A stretch of 64,000 nt of DNA. Origin: a virus. Positions within the stretch are counted from its first letter, which is position 1. Every line of letters starts with the position of its first letter. Location of the stretch: the IMG/VR virus record IMGVR_UViG_3300037502_003029, positions 1,052-65,051 of that record, one strand, 5' to 3'. The notes below the pieces were generated by a model. That model was not told the origin of the DNA and did not search any database. It saw only the letters and a program-made list of their open reading frames with translations. Positions 19,768-28,389 of the stretch are shown here, piece by piece. The position numbers were made by a program, and so were the translations under genes.

Positions 19768-20376
19768 TTAAGATTTTTGAGTAAATAAACCATCAGATTT
19801 AATATCATCTGTACTATTTGCAGACATAACACTACTTGTATATGTTTGATAAGCTAACGTTCTTTCTATACTTGCTTTCTCATATCCTAGTGATGTATCT
19901 GAAAAATACAATATATCATTAATTCCTATATTTTTAGCTACATCTAAAGCTTTTTCATCACAACCCATAAATGTTATTCCCCATCTATTTTCTTTACCTT
20001 TAGATATTAACTTTTTAGCTTCAATAGATGTACATTCTTTAGAAGAGTTTTCTTCTCCGTCTGTTATGATAGATACAAATACTCCATCTACTCCTGAAGG
20101 TATTAATTCAAATGATTTTTTAATAGCATCAAATAAAGAAGTCGATCCTCTAGTTTTATAGTTTTCTATAATATCTGCTGTTAAAAGTTTTGAATCAACA
20201 GTATTGATTAATACATTAAAATCATTAGAAAAATCACATACAATAGTATGCTGATTAATTCCTGTCTGTTGCTTAATATCAGAAAATAGTTTCATTAAAC
20301 CACCTTTAACATCGGATACTCTATTTTGCATACTTCCTGATGCGTCTACTAAAATTAAATTACAAAGTGTTTTCAT
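19768..20376 (-). CDS. von Willebrand factor A (vWA) domain protein
   Basis: MIDAS motif LVDASGSM (DxSxS) near the N-terminus. Confidence 0.55.
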   Translation of the reverse strand: MKTLCNLILVDASGSMQNRVSDVKGGLMKLFSDIKQQTGINQHTIVCDFSNDFNVLINTVDSKLLTADIIENYKTRGSTSLFDAIKKSFELIPSGVDGVFVSIITDGEENSSKECTSIEAKKLISKGKENRWGITFMGCDEKALDVAKNIGINDILYFSDTSLGYEKASIERTLAYQTYTSSVMSANSTDDIKSDGLFTQKS

Positions 20377-20654
20377 TAATATTTTATTTTTATATGTCCT
20401 ATAATATTGTGGTTATTAAATAGTATTAAACTATATGATTTATATGTTCCCATTATATTATCTGCTGCCATAAAAAATAATAAGTTATCAAATGCAGGAA
20501 CATGTATCATAGCTAATTCATCAAAAAAGTTTTCTTTTCTTAGCTTAACTAAGCTATTGTATCCACCTACTACATAAGTTACATCTAACTCTTCAAATAT
20601 AGGTTTGAGTTCTAACTTGTTATAATCTTCTATACTTACTTCAATTACTTTCAT
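20376..20654 (-). CDS. Hypothetical protein
   Basis: ORF track. Confidence 0.35.
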   Translation of the reverse strand: MKVIEVSIEDYNKLELKPIFEELDVTYVVGGYNSLVKLRKENFFDELAMIHVPAFDNLLFFMAADNIMGTYKSYSLILFNNHNIIGHIKIKY

Positions 20655-20875
20655 TAACTATTGTTTAATAAGTCTTCACCTAATTCTTTTACAAAATCTA
20701 CTAACTTATCTTCTGCTACTATAAAAAGATATAATTCATCTTTATTATAATACGCATCATTAAGTTCATCAAATTGATCTTTTCTCAATTCGGTTAATGT
20801 TCCAAAAGCTATAGTACCTGTATGGTCTGCTTTTACTTTAGGTTGGTGTGTTACTACTTTGTGTCTAATTATCAT
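20654..20875 (-). CDS. Hypothetical protein
   Basis: ORF track. Confidence 0.35.
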   Translation of the reverse strand: MIIRHKVVTHQPKVKADHTGTIAFGTLTELRKDQFDELNDAYYNKDELYLFIVAEDKLVDFVKELGEDLLNNS

Positions 20876-20881
20876 ATTTAT

Positions 20882-21253
20882 TTAATTTTTATTATTTAAA
20901 AAAGCAGCATTTTCATAATCTGTTACTCCACATAATTCTTTTGTATAATCAAGAGTAATCTCTTCTCCTGACATTATATTATATAATGGTGTTAATCTAT
21001 ATAAACTTATATTGTTAGTAATATCTTGTTTAGTTAGCGTACAGTTAGGTTTAGAAGAATGATTAATAAAACCTCCTAATGGAGTTCTTATTAACTGCTT
21101 ATTTTCTCCATTTGATATTATGTAATGTGTAATATGATCGTTATGATTTTTTACTTCTTCAGGTAAAAAACAATTAAATTTTACAAATATTCCCATACCA
21201 TGTATAGGAGATTGTTTTAATTCTAAGTATCTAGGAATTGGTAAATAACTCAT
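20882..21253 (-). CDS. SET-domain-like protein (candidate lysine methyltransferase)
   Basis: GFINHSSKPNC resembles SET motif (R)FINHSCxPNC; EEITLDY resembles ELxFDY; 123 aa, the size of minimal viral SET proteins. Confidence 0.4.
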   Translation of the reverse strand: MSYLPIPRYLELKQSPIHGMGIFVKFNCFLPEEVKNHNDHITHYIISNGENKQLIRTPLGGFINHSSKPNCTLTKQDITNNISLYRLTPLYNIMSGEEITLDYTKELCGVTDYENAAFLNNKN

Positions 21254-21265
21254 TTTTTTTTTAAT

Positions 21266-21595
21266 TTATGATTGTGAATAAACTGTTCCTATATAATGCA
21301 TATATTCTCCTATTTTAATTTTAGGGATTAACGCTTCAATATCAACTTTATTATTTTCTCCTGCTGCTATAATCTCGTATTCAAAACTTTTACCTTTTTT
21401 TATTGGAAAAGTTTGTACTACAAAAAAATGATTGGTATCATTTAATAACTGTAATATATTTCCTGGTATATAATAATCAACATCTAAATGTAAAGTTATT
21501 TTTAAACAAGATTTTATATTATAATATTCGGTTAATACATCTTTTATATCAGATATACGTATTATAGTAGCTTTATTAGAAACAGGAATATCCAT
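21266..21595 (-). CDS. Hypothetical protein
   Basis: ORF track. Confidence 0.35.
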   Translation of the reverse strand: MDIPVSNKATIIRISDIKDVLTEYYNIKSCLKITLHLDVDYYIPGNILQLLNDTNHFFVVQTFPIKKGKSFEYEIIAAGENNKVDIEALIPKIKIGEYMHYIGTVYSQS

Positions 21596-22107
21596 TATTT
21601 TAAAAGCTTTATATTAGGAAATAAATTTAAAGTCTCTTGTGCTGAAAAATATAAATCTTCTCCACGTTTAAATCTATCTATTTGCTCATCAGTAAGCCCT
21701 AGTTTTTTGAGTTCGTTTGCTATAATTGTATTATATTTTTTGATATGAGCATTACCAATAGGTTCATAACCTATAGGACGATGATTATACATCTGTGCAT
21801 CACTTTTATGTATCATACTATACATAAAGTCTTTAGTCATATAAATAGGAATATTGTATTTAGCTAGCTCCATTAACATTACAAAACCATTAGAAAACAT
21901 TTCAAAATTAATAAAAACTTTTATATAATCTTGGTATTTAACTAACGCATTAACCATAGGGTGTCTTGTATGTGAGACTCCACCATTAGTAGCTATATAT
22001 ACATCTATCCAATCTCCTTCTCTAAGAGAATATATTTTATTACTTAGCTCATCACAAAAATCAGCTACAGTATCAGGATTCATTTCGTTATCAAATATTA
22101 TCGTCAT
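21595..22107 (-). CDS. Hypothetical protein
   Basis: ORF track. Confidence 0.35.
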   Translation of the reverse strand: MTIIFDNEMNPDTVADFCDELSNKIYSLREGDWIDVYIATNGGVSHTRHPMVNALVKYQDYIKVFINFEMFSNGFVMLMELAKYNIPIYMTKDFMYSMIHKSDAQMYNHRPIGYEPIGNAHIKKYNTIIANELKKLGLTDEQIDRFKRGEDLYFSAQETLNLFPNIKLLK

Positions 22108-22109
22108 GT

Positions 22110-22499
22110 TTATATTTTTTCTAATAAATAAATAAATTCCATTTCAACATTACGAAGTTCTCTTTTTATTGTTTTAATATCATCTTTTACATTAGGAGAT
22201 GTATCTAATATTTTATTAATATCTTTTATATGTTCATAAATTTGTTGTTGACAATCAAGTATATCTTTTAATGTTAAAGTTACTTTAACTGATTTATTTA
22301 CAGTAGACTTAACATCTTCTTTTTTAAGAAGTTTTTTTCTACTAAAAGATAATTCACTTTCTTTCCCATTAGGTCTATATAATGGAGAGCAACCTGTTTC
22401 AAAATCTTCCCATGAGTAACACATATCTTTATTTTTTAAATTTTCATATCTAATTAAACCGTAGGGTGTTTGTATTCCCCATGCCGTTATAATAATCAT
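22110..22499 (-). CDS. Hypothetical protein
   Basis: ORF track. Confidence 0.35.
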   Translation of the reverse strand: MIIITAWGIQTPYGLIRYENLKNKDMCYSWEDFETGCSPLYRPNGKESELSFSRKKLLKKEDVKSTVNKSVKVTLTLKDILDCQQQIYEHIKDINKILDTSPNVKDDIKTIKRELRNVEMEFIYLLEKI

Positions 22500-22705
22500 T
22501 GTTCTTTTGTTTTTTGTAATAATTCTTTTAATTCTTGATTGCTTAATTTTTTATAATCTTTGGGTGATTTATGTACTTGAGGTTCTTTTCTTTTTCTACC
22601 ACCATCAGGATTCATGAATCTATCAAAGTATTTATTTGTTCGTGACATTATTTTATAAGTTTAAGTATTTAATAAATCTTTTCCATAATTAAACTCTATA
22701 TATCC

Positions 22706-23107
22706 TCAAGGAGAAGTATTTCTAAATATAACTAACATTGAAGGAAAAGGTGCTGAGTTTTTAGAATCTCCAAACTTTAATCTACCTTTAATAAATCTTA
22801 TCTCTGCTTTATTATAAACGTAATCATGAAACCATCGAGTGTCTGTTCTAGCAGGTACTAAATATACTAAAGTTTTAGCATTACCTTTTTTTAATTCTTC
22901 TAATCCTTTTTCTAAAAAAGCTTTTATATTAGAATAAGGGGGATTAATAAAAACGTTACCTATCCAATCTTTTTGTAAACCATTTTCACTACTTTTTAGA
23001 GGACATGGATCAAAATCAAAATTAAACTCTTTATCTAGCTTGTTATAAAACTCTTTTGGTGTAGACCAATCATCTGTTTTCTTACTAAACATTACTTCTG
23101 TATTCAT
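22706..23107 (-). CDS. dam: Phage-type DNA N6-adenine methyltransferase (Dam family)
   Basis: N-terminal DDWSTP and catalytic NPPY motif (VFINPPYS). Confidence 0.65.
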   Translation of the reverse strand: MNTEVMFSKKTDDWSTPKEFYNKLDKEFNFDFDPCPLKSSENGLQKDWIGNVFINPPYSNIKAFLEKGLEELKKGNAKTLVYLVPARTDTRWFHDYVYNKAEIRFIKGRLKFGDSKNSAPFPSMLVIFRNTSP

Positions 23108-23811
23108 ATTATATTTTAAATCTTTTCACAAAGATACAAAAAATAATTAACATAATATAGGGTATTAAAAAAAAAATCCCCATCTTAATTAAAAGATAGG
23201 GATTAATTATTTTGAGATTAAATATACTTATAGCAAAAAATAATAAGAAATATTATTTTCTTTTTTAAAGAACGGTGTACCCAGTGAAATTTTCCACTGC
23301 GGTACAAAATATAATCATAACCATATGCATTGTATATAATCTTGTTTTAGTAGGTCTCCTTAAATCATACCGCTAAAGCGGGTTAGATGTGGGGATAATG
23401 AACAATACATTTATTACTCAATGAGCGTATCCCTAAAACTTGTATTATATAATTAACAGCATCTTATAAAATCCTGTTACACCAGAGTTTCCTCTCAAAA
23501 ACAGGGTATAAGAGTTTATGCTCAAATACATAGCACAAAGATAATAAATAAAAAATTAATAAAAGGGGGTATTATGAAAATAATTAAAAAACTATATAAA
23601 AAGTATAGCATAAGCTCTATTAGGAAAGAAGTATATAGCGTGATTAGAGGTATATTTAATAATAAGTTGTGTTACTATGTGCATAGATTCAATATTGAGT
23701 TGTGCTACTATGCGTGTAGATATGTACCCCACCACCCCCCCACCAAAAATTCTACAAAAGAACATCCCCCCCTTCGCGTTTGTGGTTAAGCTTTTCTGTG
23801 TCCTAGCAGTG

Positions 23812-23826
23812 TTTTTTTTATTAACA
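23812..23826 (+). promoter_or_regulatory. T8-ATTAACA box, copy 1 of 4
   Basis: Repeated motif seen four times in 23.8-24.6 kb. Confidence 0.35.
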
Positions 23827-24005
23827 ACCACTTAGCCTATCTTTGCGTGTGTTTGTTACTCATGGGTAGCTATTGCTTAGCATCATGTGCTTGGGTAGAT
23901 ATGATTATCTACTATCAAGCTAGTGCTTAGCATTGCTGGTCCTGGGTAGCTACTGCTAACAAATGCTCTTCGAGCGCTTGCTCGTGGGATGCATATAATA
24001 AGCAG

Positions 24006-24020
24006 TTTTTTTTATTAACA
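24006..24020 (+). promoter_or_regulatory. T8-ATTAACA box, copy 2 of 4
   Basis: Same motif; 55 nt upstream of the 24075 ORF. Confidence 0.35.
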
Positions 24021-24074
24021 CACGCAGAGTTAATATTTGGTTGAGTAGTTTGCTTAACCATCAAATCTTACGTT

Positions 24075-24338
24075 ATGAACATTGCAGAAATCAAATCGAC
24101 CATCGGTATTACGCAGCTTCCGCTCAATAACCTAACAAACAAGGATGGTAGTCCATCCGAGTTTATGGGTGCATGGATGGATAACCCTCGTAGAAGGGTC
24201 TTGATCCATAAGGACGTAGCTGCAAAAGCGGCTACATCCGAAGCGCTGTTTGTTAAAGTAAACGAGATGGAAGGCCCAAAGGGGTCTTACACCCGTTACA
24301 TCATCTGTGAGGGAAAAGAACCAGATATGGTGCTTTAA
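24075..24338 (+). CDS. Hypothetical protein (higher-GC small gene)
   Basis: ORF track; followed by a strong terminator. Confidence 0.45.
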   Translation: MNIAEIKSTIGITQLPLNNLTNKDGSPSEFMGAWMDNPRRRVLIHKDVAAKAATSEALFVKVNEMEGPKGSYTRYIICEGKEPDMVL

Positions 24339-24343
24339 CCCTC

Positions 24344-24406
24344 AAACCCAGTCACGCTAAGGGAGCGTGGTAAGTAGTGCACCTCATGCGCTCACTGGGT
24401 TTTTTA
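24344..24406 (+). terminator. Rho-independent terminator (stem AACCCAGT/ACTGGGTT with nested CACGCT/AGCGTG hairpin, then T6)
   Basis: Seen in sequence. Confidence 0.55.
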
Positions 24407-24419
24407 CTTTTGTGCTTTT

Positions 24420-24436
24420 GTTTTTTTTTATTAACA
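24420..24436 (+). promoter_or_regulatory. T10-ATTAACA box, copy 3 of 4
   Basis: Repeated motif. Confidence 0.35.
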
Positions 24437-24605
24437 AACACTCTGTTTATCTATGCGGAAATATAATATATATTGTATATTTATTTTTGCAACTATATAT
24501 ATAATGCGTACGAATTGTATATATAGAATAGAGTAAAGGGTTATAATAATATCTACAACATGGTTGAGAGTTATAAGCCTCGTAAATCCCTTGTAGATAT
24601 TATTA

Positions 24606-24622
24606 TTTTTTTTTTATTAACA
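24606..24622 (+). promoter_or_regulatory. T10-ATTAACA box, copy 4 of 4 (preceded by 11-bp hairpin AATATCTACAA...TTGTAGATATT)
   Basis: Repeated motif. Confidence 0.35.
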
Positions 24623-25064
24623 CTCACTCTGACTATCTTAGGCGCATTGATTAAACATGGTGCGCTTATTCTTAGCATTTTCATGCTATGTTTTGGGTGT
24701 TATGGATAGATGCCCGATGTAATTTTGTAGATTACGCTGCATATGTGGTGTAATATTTGTTTGGTTTTATGATGTACGAAGGATTTCGTAGATGTTGTAA
24801 TAACCATCAATAGCAAAATTAGCACATCCATAACACCCATTCCTTACCCATAATAACGGGTAATTATATGTATTTTTGTTACGAATAACTACTAAAAGAC
24901 GCATTAAAACAAATCCTATTACATAGTGATTACATGTAATAGCACGTTTAATAATGAATGAAGTTTATAAATAATAAAAACATAGTAGTAGTCTAATCAA
25001 CAATATCTACAGTATGTTCTTCATTCTTTTTTATTTGCATTTTATAACCATCAAATCATAAACC

Positions 25065-25547
25065 ATGAAATCTTTAATTTTCTTTTTATTAGTAATATTG
25101 AGTTCTTGTTCAACATCAAAAAAGGATAAAGACTTAATAATAAGTTTCTATACAATTTCAGACATTTATTATGCCAATCCTAATTCACTTGAGATTACAA
25201 GCGAATCAGGACAAACATCAATAAAATGCACATCTTATAAAGAAATGTTGCAAAAAATTGATTCAATAAGTGCTGATAACACATCAATGAAACACCTAAA
25301 GTTTCATCTTGATTGGTTGATAGAAAGCGGTTATCTTACCGCTAACATCTATCCAACCATAGACACCACCTGTAAAGTTACTGATCCAATAGGTGAAGTA
25401 ATATTACAGTACTATGGTCCAGATTGGACTGTAGATGCAACAAACGATATAGAAATGCAATTAGGTACTTTTTATTTAAAAGATACCCTAAGTTTGCGTT
25501 GTTCGGATAAAATCCTAACCTGGTACAACATATCAGGTCAGGACTAA
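25065..25547 (+). CDS. Predicted lipoprotein
   Basis: Signal peptide plus lipobox LSSC. Confidence 0.45.
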   Translation: MKSLIFFLLVILSSCSTSKKDKDLIISFYTISDIYYANPNSLEITSESGQTSIKCTSYKEMLQKIDSISADNTSMKHLKFHLDWLIESGYLTANIYPTIDTTCKVTDPIGEVILQYYGPDWTVDATNDIEMQLGTFYLKDTLSLRCSDKILTWYNISGQD

Positions 25548-25643
25548 GACTTACGTTAGGTGTACGCGTTAAACACCAAAATCCAAATAACTATGCATGA
25601 TATACAGTAGCTCTGTATTGATTGCATAGTGTATTTGGTAAAT

Positions 25644-25726
25644 GCTGCGGTGGTGGAATTGGTATACACGTAGGACTTAAAATCCTATTCCATAATGGAT
25701 TGTGGGTTCGAGTCCCACCCGCAGTA
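25644..25726 (+). tRNA. tRNA-Leu (anticodon TAA), type II with long variable arm
   Basis: Acceptor GCTGCGG/CCGCAGT, anticodon stem TAGGA/TCCTA with loop CTTAAAA, variable arm TCCAT-AAT-ATGGA, T-arm GTGGG-TTCGAGT-CCCAC. Confidence 0.75.
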
Positions 25727-25980
25727 CAATAGCTATAAATCTTTCACATATGTAAATACATGAAAGATTTGATGGTTAGTAAACCTCGCAGTGAAGGTTT
25801 GACCATAGTAGACAACTCTACATTGGTATTTTGGAAGCTGCACTTTTTTTGATTATATAACCATTTAAATCATAAATATGTTTTCAACAATTACCTACAC
25901 AAAAGAAGCGTTATTACATTTGCAAAACGCAACACCTCAACAACAACGCATTCTAAGCAGAATGCAAAAAACAGGTAAAA

Positions 25981-26367
25981 ATGTTTGTATTATATTTCCT
26001 AACAAAAAGAAAAAATATCAATATGAAGCATCGTAATTTATGGTATTTGTTCATAATCTTTGCTATAGTTATAGCAGGGTTAGCTGGGGTGCAAGGCCAG
26101 TCCATTACAAAATCTGCAAATTCAGTAACTGTATCGTATCCTCTTGAAGATTACGAAAAAGCAGTAAAAGCGTCTTCAGCACAAATTGCATCCAAAGAAG
26201 GATGTAGTTGGACTGTTGACGGAATTAAGTGGGAAACCACATTTGTAAACTCGATCTACGCGCTGCGCAGAAATGGTGTTGAAATTTATTCCTCAACTAC
26301 AATTGCAGCAATCCGCGCAAAATACTTATCGGAGCTTTTAGGAGTTCCGTTTAAGAATCCGAGTTAA
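25981..26367 (+). CDS. Hypothetical secreted/membrane protein (alternative start at 26023)
   Basis: Hydrophobic segment LWYLFIIFAIVIAGLAG. Confidence 0.4.
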   Translation: MFVLYFLTKRKNINMKHRNLWYLFIIFAIVIAGLAGVQGQSITKSANSVTVSYPLEDYEKAVKASSAQIASKEGCSWTVDGIKWETTFVNSIYALRRNGVEIYSSTTIAAIRAKYLSELLGVPFKNPS

Positions 26368-26463
26368 TATACTCCATAAATCTACTCAACCATAAAAGTA
26401 TGGTTGGGTAGTTTTTCAATTGTCTTAATTTTTCTTTTTACATAACCTTTAAAAATAATTATT

Positions 26464-26805
26464 ATGGCAACTAAAACGCCTACCAAAAAACTGTCTCTTG
26501 AGAATTTAAAAGCTCAACCTGAGCTCAAGAATCTACCCGAAGTTATCGTTATTCCTTTGGATAATGGTAAAATCACCGGTAAAAGTAAGTTTAATTTAGG
26601 AGACCTGCTCTTTAAGATGAATTCAAATCTCAAACATGTATTGTATACCAAAGTTCTTGAAAACTTAGGTATTACAATTTACGAAGGTAAACTGTATGAT
26701 GCCGGTCAAACTAAAGCTCGAAGCTACTTTGAGCAGTGGTTAGAGCAAAAAGCTCGTCACGAATCAGCGTTGATGGGAGAGAAAACCGCAATAGCTAAAG
26801 ATTAA
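26464..26805 (+). CDS. Hypothetical protein (higher-GC island)
   Basis: ORF track. Confidence 0.45.
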   Translation: MATKTPTKKLSLENLKAQPELKNLPEVIVIPLDNGKITGKSKFNLGDLLFKMNSNLKHVLYTKVLENLGITIYEGKLYDAGQTKARSYFEQWLEQKARHESALMGEKTAIAKD

Positions 26806-26868
26806 CTCTTTATAGATAAATATTTGTAGATTATATTTTTTTTTATCATTTATCAAAAATCATTTATC

Positions 26869-27225
26869 ATGTCAAAATTATCTTGGACACCAAACCCGGT
26901 TACTGGTCAATTAACTGCATCATTCAATGCAAAATTGATTAACGTTGGCGACACCGTAATCAAAAACAGCAACAACACCGAGTACGTAATCGCAACAATC
27001 GAAATGCCATCCGGTAAACAAGTAAGCGGACGTATGTACGTCAAAAACGCTAACCGAGTAACACCGGAAACAATCGGTCAATCAGTATTATGTACAGCTA
27101 CGCAGTATGATGGCGGTATCGACATTACTGTATCTCACCTCACATCTGCTCCGAGAGTTACTCTCGCAGATTTTGAGCAGGAATTCGGTAGAGTCGAAGC
27201 ACCAGCAGCTGTTGCCGCTAACTAA
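26869..27225 (+). CDS. Hypothetical protein (higher-GC island)
   Basis: ORF track; about 43 % GC versus the flanking ~28 %. Confidence 0.45.
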   Translation: MSKLSWTPNPVTGQLTASFNAKLINVGDTVIKNSNNTEYVIATIEMPSGKQVSGRMYVKNANRVTPETIGQSVLCTATQYDGGIDITVSHLTSAPRVTLADFEQEFGRVEAPAAVAAN

Positions 27226-27238
27226 AACCGGGTTACAT

Positions 27239-27278
27239 CGTAGAGATTAGGAGAAATCCTTTCTCTACGGTGTTTTTA
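27239..27278 (+). terminator. Terminator: CGTAGAGA...TCTCTACG with nested AGGA/TCCT, then T-run
   Basis: Seen in sequence. Confidence 0.5.
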
Positions 27279-27379
27279 ATTATGCTGTACAATTTATATC
27301 TTGATTATATATATGAATATAAAACTATAATATTTGTTATATATATTATAATTAACATAAGTTTAATACCTTATTTATT

Positions 27380-27535
27380 ATGAGATATTTTAAATTTAAA
27401 TTAGCATTAATAAAACTATTTCCTGATACAAAAGAATTAATTAAAAATTCTGATGTACATGGAAATGACATTTATATTCCAGAATCAGAATTATTAAAAT
27501 ATAATAATACTAACCCTCAATCTCAAATCAAATGA
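27380..27535 (+). CDS. Small hypothetical protein (51 aa) absent from the ORF track, ATGA-coupled to the next gene
   Basis: Manual translation MRYFKFKLALIKLFPDTKELIKNSDVHGNDIYIPESELLKYNNTNPQSQIK. Confidence 0.25.
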   Translation: MRYFKFKLALIKLFPDTKELIKNSDVHGNDIYIPESELLKYNNTNPQSQIK

Positions 27536-28155
27536 AATCATATTGTGATATAGATTTTTCTAAAAGAAGAAAAAAAAGGTTTATTCAAACTTTTTTTTAT
27601 TCATCATCTAAAACAAAAAAAAGTAGTGCATTAATATTATGTGGACCTGATTTAGATTCTCATGTATCTGATTTTAAAATTTTAAGTAATGCTTATTTAT
27701 GTAGTTTACATATTTATGAGTTAGATAAAAAAACTTATTTAAAAAATTTAAAAGATTCTGAGAAATATTCTAAATTAAAAATTAATATTGTAAATGATAA
27801 TATTATAAATGCACGGATATGTAGATTTGTAGACTTAGACTTTTGTACTTCATTACATACAAATTTTCCTACGATAGAATCTATATATAATAAAATGAAA
27901 AACATAAAGCCTTATAACGAAAAAGTTCTAAACAAACATATTATAATAACTTTCTCACTAAGAGATGGTAGTTTTGGTACTAAACTAGAAGATTCAATTC
28001 AACAATTATGTGATTTATTTGGTATATCTAATAATTTTAAACCATTAGATTTATTACCTAAATCTTATATTATGAAGCATGCAACTAAAGATTGTATGTA
28101 TTCTACATATAAAGATGGAGCAACTATGTGTACATTTTCTTATCAGTTTAAATAA
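27532..28155 (+). CDS. Hypothetical protein
   Basis: ORF track. Confidence 0.4.
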   Translation: MKSYCDIDFSKRRKKRFIQTFFYSSSKTKKSSALILCGPDLDSHVSDFKILSNAYLCSLHIYELDKKTYLKNLKDSEKYSKLKINIVNDNIINARICRFVDLDFCTSLHTNFPTIESIYNKMKNIKPYNEKVLNKHIIITFSLRDGSFGTKLEDSIQQLCDLFGISNNFKPLDLLPKSYIMKHATKDCMYSTYKDGATMCTFSYQFK

Positions 28156-28316
28156 TCAAAATATGTCTAAAGAAAAAGAACCCATGTTAATTACATTAAC
28201 TGAGGCAATTAGAATATATGAAGAAGAAGAGAAAAAGAAAAAAAATAAAAAAAAAAAACTCAGCTAGGGAGAGTATAAAATTTTTTGCTGACGAGACCTA
28301 GACGAATAAAGACCGA

Positions 28317-28375
28317 AGACCTATAAGAAGAATCATAACCAAAGAGTATTATAGGTCTTTTTTTAATTAACTAAC
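28317..28375 (+). terminator. 10-bp perfect stem AGACCTATAA...TTATAGGTCT (32-nt loop) plus T7; terminator or small structured RNA
   Basis: Seen in sequence. Confidence 0.4.
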
Positions 28376-28389
28376 AAAAATAACAAAAG

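Noticed and set aside
19695-19769. Tiny basic minus-strand ORF (MKKQTKPKPKTPKYGKGGKVKKNC)
   Set aside because: At 24 aa it cannot be supported from sequence alone, and it may simply be A-rich spacer between terminator and gene.
23574-23831. ORFs 23574..23789 (+) and 23592..23831 (-)
   Set aside because: They overlap each other inside a direct-repeat and C-tract regulatory region. Their composition is low-complexity and driven by the repeats.
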